From positions 352,001 through 416,000 of the forward strand of contig CAWFQB010000001.1 in the NCBI GenBank assembly GCA_963817895.1: 64,000 bases of DNA, given 5' to 3'. Of the stretch, positions 10,611 to 20,739 are shown one piece after another (positions within the stretch are counted from its first letter, which is position 1; each line of letters starts with the position of its first letter). Below the pieces are notes generated by a model. It did no database searches. It was given only the letters and a program-made list of their open reading frames with translations, and was not told the DNA's origin. This stretch comes from an uncultured Chthonomonadaceae bacterium (GTDB lineage Bacteria; Armatimonadota; Chthonomonadetes; Chthonomonadales; Chthonomonadaceae). The translations under genes were made by a program, and so were the position numbers.

Positions 10611-13595
10611 TCAGCAAACCTCCATCCAGCATATCAGGGTCGCTTTGGCCCCGGTCAGCGCCTGCATGTCGCGCAACGCGCGGTTTACTTTTTGCCGCTC
10701 CACGTCCTGCCGCGCCGTTTTCAAAGCCTCCGCGTTCGCCTGCGTGACGCGGGGCGTATTGCTTGCGCAACGGATGATTTCGGCAATGGCCTCCACGCCC
10801 TCGGCAATCGCGCCGCTTTCTATGTCGCGGAAATACCAGCGCAGGTCGCCGGGGGTATCCTCGGACAGGGCGGGGAAGCGATACGCGCAGAACAGGCCGC
10901 GCGGACTGTCGCCTTCCGCCTTTTTGCCGCTGAACAGGCGCAGGGGCAAGGTGGGCAGACTTGCGTACAGTTCCGGGTGTTCCTGCGCGATCTGCTGTAA
11001 TTCCAGTTCCAGCGTTTCCGTCACGTTTTCCTGCTGCTCGTACTGCGCGTTGAACAGCTTCATGGCGGCTTCCGGGTCGTCCGGGCGCAGAATAGGCGCT
11101 TCGATGCCCAATGTTCGATTGATGCGCAGAATTTTGCCCGACACGCGCTTGAGCAGGTGCAGCAAATCCTCCAACTCCTGCGGCGGCAGGAAATTCACGA
11201 TGTACGCTTTGTCGTGGTGGACCGGCTTGTTCGGGTCCTGCCGCCGATCCACGCGCCCCATACGCTGCATCAGGCGAACCGGGTTCCAATGCACGTCGTA
11301 GTTGAGTAGGGTATTGGCGTCCTGCAAGTTCAGGCCCTCGGAAAGCACATCCGTGCTGATGAGCAGGTCAATGGGGTCGGCGAGATAGCGGGGCAGTTCT
11401 TCGGGCGAACAGTTGTAGTAGGGGGCGAAACGCTTGATGACTTTTTCGCGGTCAATCTTGCGCGTGCTGTCCAATTCCTCAATATTGCGCTCCGGCAGCC
11501 GCTGTTTGAGTTCGCGGAACAGATAGCGGGCGGTATCGCGGAACTCGGTAAAAATAATCAATTTGCGGTCGGCATACTCCGGCGCACAGAGCAGGTTCAG
11601 CAACTGCATCAGCTTGTCATCTGTTGCCGGTTTCAAGCGGTCATGCACTTTGGTTAAAATCGTGACCAGCAGGGACATGTCATCCAGCGTGAGCGTGAGC
11701 AGGCGGGGCAGGTTGTACTTTTGCGCGTCGAGGGCAGGCTTCAATTCAGGAGTATCGTTCTCCTCCTCATCGTCGCTATCGTTTTCCTGCCCCTCCTGCG
11801 CCCGCTGCAACTGATTGATGATAAGCTCATTCCACAAATTGACGTGCTTGGTTTTCCACGTATCCCACATTTCGGGCGCGTTGACCTGCACGAAATCCGC
11901 CATTTTGTGCAGCAGGTCTTCCATGCTCGCCTCAAACGCCTTGTAACTGCTTTCCAATCGCTTGAGCAGCAGGGTGCGAATCAGGCCGAGAACGTTGTTC
12001 TGGTATTCCAGCGTGGATTTATCTTTGTCGGCCTCATTGCGCTTGAAGGCTTCCGTGTTGTATACGGCGAGGGACAGGAGGGGGCTGTCGCGGTCAAAGG
12101 CCAGCTTGATATCCTCGTACAATCCCGCATATACTTTGTTCAGCGAGTAACTGACCACAACAGGCAGTTGCCGTTCGGGGAAGCAGGGGCGGTGTTCGGC
12201 AAGGTTCTCGCTGTCCATCACATAGCGGCGGCTGCGCTGAATAAGAACGGCTTTGAGGAGGGTATCGGTACGCAGAAAGTCGGCGGACTGCGCCTGCGTC
12301 GCCACATCACTGCCCGCGTTTTCCGTCTCCTCCTGCAACCGCTTTTCAGCCTGCGTGAAATGCCCGCGCAGGTTCTGGATTCCCAGACGGGAAAAATGGC
12401 GCAAGTTGCCCTGCGCAAAGAAATTGATGAGGTTGTACAGGTCTACGAGACTGTTGTTAATGGGCGTGGCCGTCAGCAGATAGACCTGCTTGCCCTCGCA
12501 AATCTGCATCAGTTTTTTGGCGCGCGTTCGATGGTGATGCCGAAAATGGTGCGCCTCGTCCACAATCACCACATCGAACAGTTCGCAATAATCGCGCATA
12601 TCCTCGTCTGATACGGTTCCGTCGCGTCCAAAGTCGGTATGATTGCGGATTTCCACCTGATCGCGATAGGCGCGGCGGTAGCGCGGACGGATATACTGGT
12701 CGAGATTGCGCTCCCACACGCTTTTGCGCGCGGATTTCGGCACGATCAGCAGCACCTTTTTGCGCTGATAGAGGGCATGTTCCAGCAGCATCAGGCCGAT
12801 AAACGTTTTGCCCAACCCCACACCGTCACATATCAACGCGCCGTTCCAATCATCGGCGATTTGCAGGGCGCGATGATAGCCGTCCTGCTGGTATTTGGAC
12901 AGCAGGGGGTACATTACCGAGTTGCAGCGCTCCCAATCCGTCTGCGTTTTTTCGCGGCCCACAAAATATTCGTACAACGCTCTGGCATAGACATCGAACG
13001 GCGCATACTCGCGTAAATGCCGCTCCACAACCGTCAGCAGTTCGGGCGCAATGTCTTCGGCTTCTTTCCAAACCTGTTCGTACCATTGCCTTAGCGCGTT
13101 GATCTGATGCTGTTCGGTTGTCAGCACGTTTAATTCAATGTTTTGAGTCAGGCCGGGATAGGTGAAGTTGCTGGAACCAACAATGGCGTAATCCACCAGA
13201 CTGTTGCCGCCGCCCTCCATCAGATAACCCTTGGCATGGAACTTGGCTTTGGTGTAAACGCGCGCCTGAATGTGACTGTTCTGCAAAGACTGCCGCACCG
13301 CCGCGAGTCCGGTCAGCGCGTCATCCTTTTCTTTTGCGGCCTCAATGCTGTCCTCGCTTTGAACGCGCAGGCTTTGCGCCAATTCCGCTCGTGTGCGCCG
13401 CGTAACCTCATCCCCCAACACTACGCGCAGACTTTCCAGCCCTTGCCAGGAACCGTCTAGAGCCAGCAACGCGCCGATCTCAAAGTAGCCGGTAGCGACA
13501 TCCCACTGACGACAGTGCGGCAGCAGGCGCTGGAACGCTTCCAGAACGGAATTGCCATTACGATTATCTAAAAGCGTGGGAAGTTTGGCGGACAT
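10611..13595 (-). CDS. SNF2-family helicase with N-terminal phospholipase D-like nuclease domain
   Basis: KFHAKGY...GSSNFT...N-x-ELN (PLD); DGVGLGKT, DEAHHFR, LLTATPINN, STDVLSEGLNLQ, WNPVRLMQRMGRVDR. Confidence 0.9.
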   Translation of the reverse strand: MSAKLPTLLDNRNGNSVLEAFQRLLPHCRQWDVATGYFEIGALLALDGSWQGLESLRVVLGDEVTRRTRAELAQSLRVQSEDSIEAAKEKDDALTGLAAVRQSLQNSHIQARVYTKAKFHAKGYLMEGGGNSLVDYAIVGSSNFTYPGLTQNIELNVLTTEQHQINALRQWYEQVWKEAEDIAPELLTVVERHLREYAPFDVYARALYEYFVGREKTQTDWERCNSVMYPLLSKYQQDGYHRALQIADDWNGALICDGVGLGKTFIGLMLLEHALYQRKKVLLIVPKSARKSVWERNLDQYIRPRYRRAYRDQVEIRNHTDFGRDGTVSDEDMRDYCELFDVVIVDEAHHFRHHHRTRAKKLMQICEGKQVYLLTATPINNSLVDLYNLINFFAQGNLRHFSRLGIQNLRGHFTQAEKRLQEETENAGSDVATQAQSADFLRTDTLLKAVLIQRSRRYVMDSENLAEHRPCFPERQLPVVVSYSLNKVYAGLYEDIKLAFDRDSPLLSLAVYNTEAFKRNEADKDKSTLEYQNNVLGLIRTLLLKRLESSYKAFEASMEDLLHKMADFVQVNAPEMWDTWKTKHVNLWNELIINQLQRAQEGQENDSDDEEENDTPELKPALDAQKYNLPRLLTLTLDDMSLLVTILTKVHDRLKPATDDKLMQLLNLLCAPEYADRKLIIFTEFRDTARYLFRELKQRLPERNIEELDSTRKIDREKVIKRFAPYYNCSPEELPRYLADPIDLLISTDVLSEGLNLQDANTLLNYDVHWNPVRLMQRMGRVDRRQDPNKPVHHDKAYIVNFLPPQELEDLLHLLKRVSGKILRINRTLGIEAPILRPDDPEAAMKLFNAQYEQQENVTETLELELQQIAQEHPELYASLPTLPLRLFSGKKAEGDSPRGLFCAYRFPALSEDTPGDLRWYFRDIESGAIAEGVEAIAEIIRCASNTPRVTQANAEALKTARQDVERQKVNRALRDMQALTGAKATLICWMEVC

Positions 13596-13753
13596 AGGCG
13601 GGAACTCGCAAACAGTCAGAGCGAAGCGCGTTGTTCAGGCGGAATTAACGCTGCCTGTGCGGAAAAGCGATACTGCGCAATGCGAGGTGTCAAACAAAAT
13701 CAGAGACTTAAAAAGCGGCTGCTTTCCAGTCTCTGTACTCAATCAATAGCCGA

Positions 13754-13826
13754 TACGCCTGGTTGGATTCGAACCAACGGCTTCTTGCTCCGGAGGCAAG
13801 CACTCTATCCACTGAGCTACAGGCGC
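13754..13826 (-). tRNA. tRNA-Arg (CCG)
   Basis: GCGCCTG acceptor stem, CTTGC-CTCCGGA-GCAAG anticodon arm, GTTGG-TTCGAAT-CCAAC T arm; no encoded CCA. Confidence 0.95.
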
Positions 13827-13838
13827 GTAGACAGGCAT

Positions 13839-13867
13839 ACTATACCGCAGGCACGGAGAAAAGTCAA
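13839..13867 (-). promoter_or_regulatory. Sigma70-like promoter for tRNA-Arg
   Basis: TTGACT-N17-TATAGT on the minus strand. Confidence 0.65.
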
Positions 13868-13896
13868 GCAAGGGAAAGAATTGTCGCAATCTCGCC

Positions 13897-13925
13897 TTGA
13901 CAAACGGTTTGGTTGCGTGTATATT
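13897..13925 (+). promoter_or_regulatory. Sigma70-like promoter for tRNA-Thr
   Basis: TTGACA-N17-TATATT. Confidence 0.7.
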
Positions 13926-13973
13926 GTTATGTGCCGAATGTCCTGCGGCGTTTTGGGCCGGTTCGGAGATTTT

Positions 13974-14045
13974 GCCTGAGTGGCGCAATGGTAGCGCAAC
14001 GGTTTTGTAAACCGTCGGTTGCGGGTTCGATTCCTGTCTCAGGCC
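13974..14045 (+). tRNA. tRNA-Thr (TGT)
   Basis: GCCTGAG/CTCAGGC acceptor stem, ACGGT-TTTGTAA-ACCGT anticodon arm, GGTTCGATTCC T loop. Confidence 0.95.
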
Positions 14046-14048
14046 TGA

Positions 14049-14086
14049 AAGCGGCGCGAATATCTGCAAAGATATTCGCGTCGCTT
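14049..14086 (+). terminator. Hairpin downstream of tRNA-Thr
   Basis: aagcggcgcgaatatc-tgcaaa-gatattcgcgtcgctt. Confidence 0.6.
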
Positions 14087-14092
14087 GATTTA

Positions 14093-14193
14093 GAGCCTAT
14101 CCCTGTAGGCCGGGTACAGAGAACGTACCCGTCTGCGTAGCCTGCGCGTTAACGTCCTTCGGACGTAAATGCTTTTCCTGTTGGGATAGGCTC
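14093..14193. mobile_element. Candidate 101-bp MITE with 11-bp TIRs and TTA target duplication
   Basis: tta|GAGCCTATCCC ... GGGATAGGCTC|tta. Confidence 0.6.
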
Positions 14194-17145
14194 TTATGCG
14201 TCCTCTTTTTTGTTTTCTTCCTGTTTATCTTCCTCATCTTCCGCTGACCAGTGGACATACGCGGGCGCAAAGCCCGGTACGCGCAACAGCCCCGAACTTT
14301 GTGTTTTAGGAATACGGTACACAAGGGCGCAACCGAACGCCAACTGCCCGGTTTCCGCGTCCGGGTGTTGCGTGACGCGCAGATGTTCGCCCTCAATCAA
14401 CACTTTGCCGCCGAGTACGTCCAGGGCAACGCCGATGGGATTGAGACTTGAGAGGGATGGCGAGTTGGACACAACATGTTGTGTCCCTACACTTTCTCCT
14501 TCTTCCAGCCGAATCGTCATCAGCGGCAACAACAACGGCGGGACGTGTTCGCGGGTGTCTTTGTTGCTGATGGTGAAGACGATTTCCAGCAGGCGCGTGG
14601 GGTTAGGCGCGTCGGGTTCTGGTTTTGGCTGGCCGACGAATGTGGCGAGGTCACACCGGCTTACGCGCAGTTCCAACAGGCCGTTTTCACCGGGGATTTT
14701 CTCGCCGATTCGGTATGTGGCCGGGTTCTGCCCTCCATTGCGAACGTGCTTGTCCATCCAGGCGAGGCTGCGGCGCATCTCATCCATCTTGTGGTTGGGT
14801 TCGCGCAGTCCGTGTCCCTCGCGTGGATAATGGACGAATTGCGCGGTCACGCCCCGATGCCGCAAGGCTTGATACAGCTCCTTCGAGTTGCTGATGAACG
14901 TGTTGCTGTCCTCGTCGCCATGAATAATCAGGGTCGGGGTTTGAATGGCATCCAAATACGTGCCAGGGGACATGCGGCGATAGATTTCCGGGTCTTCCCA
15001 GTAGTACGCGCCCGCGTATTCGTTTTCCCACCGCGACAATTCCGAGTTGCTGTAATCGGTTTGCAGATGAAAGATGCCGAACATGGAAACAGCGGCCTTG
15101 AAGCGATCCGTGTGTCCAATCGCCCAGTTGGTCATGTAGCCGCCATACGAGCCGCCCATCACGCCCAGTTTTTCCGGGTCGGCAATCCCCTGCGCGATGC
15201 ACCAGTCCACGCCCGCCATGATGTCGGCAAAATCACCGCCGCCCAGGTCGCGCCTGTTGGCGACGGCAAAGTCGTTGCCGTACCCCTCGCTGCCCCGGAA
15301 GTTGGGGCGCAGCACGGCATACCCCTCCGCCGCCCAGACGGGGGCCATACTGTAGTTTTGCAGCGTGTTGGTCGCCCGTCCCTTCGGCCCGCCATGAATT
15401 TGAACAATCAAGGGGTAAGGAGTTGATGGTTGAGAGTTGAGAGTTGACAGGGATTCTTCTCCTTCTCGTATCTCGTATCTCGTATCTCGTATCTTCTCCT
15501 CTTCTCCTTTTCTCCTTTTCTCCTTTTCTTCCCCTGTTTCCGGCAGCGTCAACACGCCCTCAATGACAAGGCCGTCGGGACTGGTCCACGACACCACTTG
15601 CTGACGCGGCAGCAGGTAGTTTTGGGCAACGTCGGCGTTGAGGCGGGTCAGTTGATGCGTTTGTCCGTTTTCGTCGCGCAGAAAGATTTCCGGCAGGGCG
15701 TCCGCGCTCTCCTGCACAAAGGCGAGGCTACGCCCGCCCGGATCGCAGGCGAGGTCGTCCAGAGTGGGTGTTAGGTATTCGGTATTCGGTATTCGGTGTT
15801 CGGTCTGTGAGAGATTAAGAGTAGTGGCGAGATTGGGTTGGTTGGGTTCGCCGGGGGTGATCTGGATAATTTCCGAGCCGGTGCGGACAGCGGCAAGAAC
15901 GTAACCCAACACAGCCGGAGGCGCGTCAGGAGAAGGTTCGGTTACTTCGGCTCCTCCGGTTACTTCCTCTTCTTCGGTTTCCGTTTCGATGGGACGCGCC
16001 CATTCAAACGCGCTCAGGTCGGTATCCAGATCGGTCAGCAGGCGGCACTCCGTCAGGCCGGGCGCGTTCTGCCCGTATTCCGTTGGGGCGTGTTCGGGCA
16101 GTTCTGTGGGCGCGTCTGCCACAAACACGCACTCGCGGGAATAGGACAATTGCGGATCGAGCCACGACAGAAACGCCAGTTGTGTTCCATCCGGCGACCA
16201 GCGCAAGTGGTACTTGCCTCCCCCTCGCGCGATCAGTTTCACGGTTTTGCCCGCGTTCAAATAGCGGATGTACAAATCGGCAAGGTGGTAATCGTTGCCC
16301 TCGCCGCTGTAATTGGTGATGAAGGCCAGCCGGTCGCCATCGGGCGAAAGGGCAAATTCCGAAACGCCGTAATCGCCCATAAATAGCAATTTGGGTTTTT
16401 CTGCTTCTACATCCACGCGCCACACCTGCCGCCGCAATCGGTCATCCTGCTCGACAATCGGGTCTACCTTGCGGCGATGCCGCTCCTCTTTGCGCAGGGA
16501 TTCCAGCGGGCGAGGGCGCGGTTCGGAAGCGAGATAAACGATGCTGTTGGTGTCCGCCGCCCACTCATAGTCCAGTACGCCCTCGCGGGCCGACGTGACT
16601 TTACGCGCTTCGCCCCCGTCAATGGGCAAAATCCAGACCTGCTCCGTCGCGTCGTCCTCATCATCAGAAATGGCTTCGGTTTCATCCAGACGGGAAGACA
16701 GGAAAGCAAGATAGCGTCCATCCGGCGACCAGCGCGGCTGTATCTCCCCATCCCGCGAAAACGTCAACTGCCGCGTGAGATCATCGGCATTGTCGGTTGA
16801 CGATTGACGATTGACGATTGACGATTCCGCCTCCTCTTCTGTCTCCTTTTCTCCTTTTCCCCTTTTCTCCTTTTCTAATTCCTCTTCCTCTTCCTCCGCC
16901 GGCGCAAACTCCGTGAGCCAGAGGTGGCTGATCCAGTGGCTTTCATCGAAATCGGCTTCGGACGCGACAAAGGCGACGCGCTGGCCGTCAGGATGGATTT
17001 GCGGGTCGCTCAGGCGTTTGGTTTCGAGCAGGGCGCGGGCGGTGATACGCTGCTTCACACGCTGCGCGGGCGTGTCAACGGTCCTGGGTGTCGGGCAATT
17101 ATTCGTAATGTTGTCAATGCCGGTGGCAGGTAAATTGTCAGTCAT
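14194..17145 (-). CDS. S9-family (prolyl oligopeptidase/acylaminoacyl) peptidase with beta-propeller
   Basis: WSPDG repeats, IHGGP, PNFRGS, GGSYGG nucleophile, HGDED, YPREGHG; probable leaderless start (TATAAT 6 nt before ATG at 17145). Confidence 0.9.
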   Translation of the reverse strand: MTDNLPATGIDNITNNCPTPRTVDTPAQRVKQRITARALLETKRLSDPQIHPDGQRVAFVASEADFDESHWISHLWLTEFAPAEEEEEELEKEKRGKGEKETEEEAESSIVNRQSSTDNADDLTRQLTFSRDGEIQPRWSPDGRYLAFLSSRLDETEAISDDEDDATEQVWILPIDGGEARKVTSAREGVLDYEWAADTNSIVYLASEPRPRPLESLRKEERHRRKVDPIVEQDDRLRRQVWRVDVEAEKPKLLFMGDYGVSEFALSPDGDRLAFITNYSGEGNDYHLADLYIRYLNAGKTVKLIARGGGKYHLRWSPDGTQLAFLSWLDPQLSYSRECVFVADAPTELPEHAPTEYGQNAPGLTECRLLTDLDTDLSAFEWARPIETETEEEEVTGGAEVTEPSPDAPPAVLGYVLAAVRTGSEIIQITPGEPNQPNLATTLNLSQTEHRIPNTEYLTPTLDDLACDPGGRSLAFVQESADALPEIFLRDENGQTHQLTRLNADVAQNYLLPRQQVVSWTSPDGLVIEGVLTLPETGEEKEKRRKGEEEKIRDTRYEIREGEESLSTLNSQPSTPYPLIVQIHGGPKGRATNTLQNYSMAPVWAAEGYAVLRPNFRGSEGYGNDFAVANRRDLGGGDFADIMAGVDWCIAQGIADPEKLGVMGGSYGGYMTNWAIGHTDRFKAAVSMFGIFHLQTDYSNSELSRWENEYAGAYYWEDPEIYRRMSPGTYLDAIQTPTLIIHGDEDSNTFISNSKELYQALRHRGVTAQFVHYPREGHGLREPNHKMDEMRRSLAWMDKHVRNGGQNPATYRIGEKIPGENGLLELRVSRCDLATFVGQPKPEPDAPNPTRLLEIVFTISNKDTREHVPPLLLPLMTIRLEEGESVGTQHVVSNSPSLSSLNPIGVALDVLGGKVLIEGEHLRVTQHPDAETGQLAFGCALVYRIPKTQSSGLLRVPGFAPAYVHWSAEDEEDKQEENKKEDA

Positions 17146-17161
17146 GCGGGTATTATAGACG

Positions 17162-17198
17162 AAAACAGCGCAGGGAGGCAATTGCCCTGCGCTGTTTT
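17162..17198. terminator. Bidirectional intrinsic terminator-like hairpin
   Basis: aaaacagcgcaggg...ccctgcgctgtttt. Confidence 0.65.
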
Positions 17199-17244
17199 AA
17201 TTCGTTTTCTGTAGACTGCATTCTGGCTGGCGTTCAAATCACGC

Positions 17245-17979
17245 TTATGGCAGTGTGCCAGGCATCACTTCGTCAACGGCCAGAGGGGAGAGGCCGGTGT
17301 AGTACAGGGCAATGTCGGGCGAATTGAGTTTCGTATGGCGATGTATCAGAAAATACGCGCGTGGATCGTGGCCCAGCATCTGCGTGAACCGCAGTAACAC
17401 CGTAGTTCGCCCCTGCATCGTGATCGGTTCGGTGTAAATCGGCGCATTGATGTTGCCTGTCACGAAGGTGGGGGCGTACAAATGCGCAAACTCCGGCACA
17501 TTCGCTTGCAGCCACTCGACATACCTGTCTTTGGCCTGTAAACGAGGTATACCCGCAAAATCAGGGCCGGTAATATCGGTATTCCAGCGCGGTTCACGAG
17601 GCAGCAGAATGGGACGGTTGTTCACAATGCGGAACTCATACGCGGGCTGCTGCGCCAAAATTTGCGCAACCACATCGCGGGCGGTTCCTTTCTGCACCTG
17701 AATGGAAACGGGCGTTGTATCGGCAGTTTCGATCAGAGACAGAGGAACGTGGTAGCGCTGCGTCAACGTCGTCACCACCTCCTCAACCGGCGCATTTGAC
17801 GTTACAAGCGAGGCAATGGGAGTTTGCAGCAGGGATTTGTTTTTGCCCAGAGCAACAAGTTGCCGCTCCGCATTGTTCAGTTCGCCCGCCTTATACCCGT
17901 TTTGTATCCATAACGCGTTTACGTCGGCGCGGTACGCGCGCAACAGGCGCAGCAGCATACGCGCTTCTTCGGGCCACAA
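17245..17979 (-). CDS. Hypothetical protein (start uncertain)
   Basis: 244-aa ORF with protein-like composition, no recognised motif. Confidence 0.5.
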   Translation of the reverse strand: MWPEEARMLLRLLRAYRADVNALWIQNGYKAGELNNAERQLVALGKNKSLLQTPIASLVTSNAPVEEVVTTLTQRYHVPLSLIETADTTPVSIQVQKGTARDVVAQILAQQPAYEFRIVNNRPILLPREPRWNTDITGPDFAGIPRLQAKDRYVEWLQANVPEFAHLYAPTFVTGNINAPIYTEPITMQGRTTVLLRFTQMLGHDPRAYFLIHRHTKLNSPDIALYYTGLSPLAVDEVMPGTLP

Positions 17980-18051
17980 GGTTGCGCCCGCAGGCTGAAC
18001 TCGATACCCCGCATGATGTTGAGGGCTACCAGGTAAAAATAGATAGGCATA

Positions 18052-18894
18052 TCAGTTTTTCCAGAATTGCCAGGGCTTGCGGGTCAATTTATTTTCACAG
18101 GATTTGCACAGGAAGACTACCTTGCCGTCTATCAGGTCAATTTTGCCCTCTTGATTGGTTTTGCCGCAGGACGCGCAGACCGTGCTGCTTTGCCCGCCGG
18201 TTTTGACCGTTTCGGAGGGTGCGATTGCGCCGCCGCCGCGCAGATGCGCGATATACCCGAGTTCGCCAAGCGCCACCTCGCTTGTCGGGTCCAGCTCCAG
18301 CGAGTTCAGAAAACAGGCTTCCGCCTCGTCAAGACGGTTTAGTTCAATTAGCTGAAATCCCTGCCCGCGCAGGGCAGCGGCGCGATCCAGCGGGGAAATG
18401 GCGTCGCCCATTGCCAGCGTTTCGCTGTACAGGGCCAGTGCGCCCTGAAAATCCCCAAGCGAACTCAGCGCTTTGCCCTTTTCCAGTCGGAAATGCGGCT
18501 GCTGCGGCTCCAGTTTCTGTCCGGCGTCCATCCATTGCAGGGCTTGCTCCGGGCGTCCGCGCTCCACTTCGAGAAAGCCCATGTAATAGTGGGCGCGCGG
18601 ATACGCATTCTCCCGCCAGATGACGTCCCGCTCCTGACCGCGCTCCTTTTGCCGCAGGACGTGGTAGATGAACTCCTCCTGATCCCAGAACTTCACGACC
18701 AGCGCGCCGTCCTGTTCAAAGGCGTTCACGTAATCGGGCGGCGTGTTGGCGACCACTTCCCGCAGCAAACGCTCTGCCGTTTGCAAATCGCCCTGCCGCA
18801 GTGTGGCAATGGCCTGATCTACTTTTCTGGCATCTGCCGCTTCCTGACTGTTTTCCTGATTGCTTTTCCCAAAGGATTCTGATTGTGATGACAT
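18052..18894 (-). CDS. TPR-repeat protein with C-terminal Zn-ribbon and KPWQFWK tail
   Basis: TPR-like helices; CASC...CKSC; terminal RKPWQFWKN. Confidence 0.75.
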   Translation of the reverse strand: MSSQSESFGKSNQENSQEAADARKVDQAIATLRQGDLQTAERLLREVVANTPPDYVNAFEQDGALVVKFWDQEEFIYHVLRQKERGQERDVIWRENAYPRAHYYMGFLEVERGRPEQALQWMDAGQKLEPQQPHFRLEKGKALSSLGDFQGALALYSETLAMGDAISPLDRAAALRGQGFQLIELNRLDEAEACFLNSLELDPTSEVALGELGYIAHLRGGGAIAPSETVKTGGQSSTVCASCGKTNQEGKIDLIDGKVVFLCKSCENKLTRKPWQFWKN

Positions 18895-19080
18895 ATTCGC
18901 CAGCCTCCATAATTCTGCTCTGTCTCGCCGCTATGGTATAGTTCGCTGTTGTTGTGTCGCTTCCTGCATTGAAAATAGAAATTTGTCGGCAATCGCGCGC
19001 GTTTTGAAGCAGGAAAAGCGACGAAGCGCGACCAAACTAGCGGCAATCAATCCACTCTCATTGGTGAAGGAAACTATATC

Positions 19081-20184
19081 ATGGAGCCTGTCAATATCGG
19101 CATTGTCGGATGCGGCAACATCAGCGGCATCTATCTCACAAATTTAGGAAAGTTTCGCAATACGCGGGTTGTGGCCTGCGCCGACCTGATTGTGGAACGT
19201 TCGCGCGCCAAAGCCGAAGAACACAACATTCCGAAAGTGTGTACCACTGCCGAACTGATGGCCGACCCGGACATTCAAATCGTCGTGAACCTGACCACGC
19301 CCGACGCGCACTATGACGTATGCCTGCAAGCGCTGAAGGCGGGCAAGCACGTTTATGTGGAAAAGCCGCTGTCCATCACCCGCGAACAGGGTACGGAACT
19401 GCTGGATATGACGCGCGCCACCCATCTGCGCGTGGGCGGCGCGCCCGACACGTTTTTGGGCGGTGGCCTGCAAACCTGCCGCAAGCTGATTGACGACGGC
19501 TGGATTGGCGAACCCATCGGCGCGGTCGCCTTCATGCTGTGTCACGGTCACGAGTCGTGGCATCCTGACCCGGAGTTCTATTATAAAGTGGGCGGCGGGC
19601 CGATGTTCGATATGGGGCCGTACTACCTGACCGCGCTGACCGCGCTGCTCGGCCCGATGAAGCGGCTGTCCGGTTCGGCGCGGGCAACGTTCCCCGAACG
19701 CACGATTACCAGCAAGCCCAAGTACGGCACGAAAGTCACGGTGGATACTCCTACCCATATCGCGGGCGTGATGGACTTTGCAAGCGGCGCGGTCGGCACA
19801 ATTTTAACCACGTTCGACGTGTGGGCCTCCAATCTGCCGCGTATCGAAATCTACGGCACGGAGGGATCGCTGGATGTGCCTGACCCCAACACATTCGGCG
19901 GGCCGGTGCGGGTTCGACGCATGGATGCGAAGGAGTGGAGCGAAGTGCCGCTCACGCATGGTTACGCCGAAAACAGCCGGGGACTTGGCGTGGCGGATAT
20001 GGCGGCTGCTATCCAATCGGGCAGGCCGCACCGCGCCAACGGCAATCTGGCGTATCACGTCCTTGAAGCCATGCACGGCTTCCACGACGCTTCCAACGAG
20101 GGCCGCTACTACGAGATGCAGAGTACGTGCGAACGTCCCGCCGCCCTTCCGCTCGGCCTGCCCAACAACGAGGTGGACGAGTAG
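19081..20184 (+). CDS. Gfo/Idh/MocA-family oxidoreductase
   Basis: [32 protein letters not shown]. Confidence 0.92.
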   Translation: MEPVNIGIVGCGNISGIYLTNLGKFRNTRVVACADLIVERSRAKAEEHNIPKVCTTAELMADPDIQIVVNLTTPDAHYDVCLQALKAGKHVYVEKPLSITREQGTELLDMTRATHLRVGGAPDTFLGGGLQTCRKLIDDGWIGEPIGAVAFMLCHGHESWHPDPEFYYKVGGGPMFDMGPYYLTALTALLGPMKRLSGSARATFPERTITSKPKYGTKVTVDTPTHIAGVMDFASGAVGTILTTFDVWASNLPRIEIYGTEGSLDVPDPNTFGGPVRVRRMDAKEWSEVPLTHGYAENSRGLGVADMAAAIQSGRPHRANGNLAYHVLEAMHGFHDASNEGRYYEMQSTCERPAALPLGLPNNEVDE

Positions 20185-20194
20185 CCTTAGAAGT

Positions 20195-20512
20195 ATGAAC
20201 ACTACGCGAACTCAATTCCTAACATTCTCTCAGGCGGTGCTGATGCGCCCCGGAATGTACACGCTTAATGGAACGCTGCCCGAAGTTATCGCCTTTCTGG
20301 AAGGCTACTACAGCGGAATGGCAAAAGGCAAATTGGATGCGCCACCGGTTCTTGAATGGGTAGCGTTTCGCCAGTGGGTAGCTGCTCAACTGGACGTGGA
20401 TGCTGCGGAGGCATTCGCCGCGTTCGCGCGACGGTATCAGGATAATCAGGCCGCGCTTACAACATTGCGTCAATGGCTTGCGCGATTTCTGGAATCGCAA
20501 GGTAATTCATAG
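20195..20512 (+). CDS. Hypothetical protein (~105 aa)
   Basis: ATG 11 nt after the upstream stop; RPGMYT...EVIAFLEGY. Confidence 0.55.
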   Translation: MNTTRTQFLTFSQAVLMRPGMYTLNGTLPEVIAFLEGYYSGMAKGKLDAPPVLEWVAFRQWVAAQLDVDAAEAFAAFARRYQDNQAALTTLRQWLARFLESQGNS

Positions 20513-20529
20513 CAGGAAGTGATGCCTTC

Positions 20530-20739
20530 ATGGAGAAATCTGAAACCCCGACACGTACACAGGTGCAAGCCTTGATGCGTTCAGCGCGTACCCCGGAGCA
20601 GATTGCTGCCGCCTGGGACGCCCGCGCTGATTGGCTGAATGACCATCCTGATGATGTAGGTATCGAAGATGAGGGCGAAGCGTTGTTTATGCGAGAAGAA
20701 GCTCTGAAACGTTTGGCAGGCGGGAGGAGTTATGCCTGA
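20530..20739 (+). CDS. Small hypothetical protein
   Basis: 69-aa ORF overlapping the next start codon. Confidence 0.5.
   Translation: MEKSETPTRTQVQALMRSARTPEQIAAAWDARADWLNDHPDDVGIEDEGEALFMREEALKRLAGGRSYA

Noticed and set aside
5040..13760. Integrative element or prophage bounded by a tRNA-Arg att duplication
   Set aside because: No integrase, phage genes or repeat of the tRNA 3' end was found by eye.
15421..15804. Short periodic repeats as a possible CRISPR array
   Set aside because: Units are 6-10 nt in direct tandem with no spacers, and there are no cas genes in the window.
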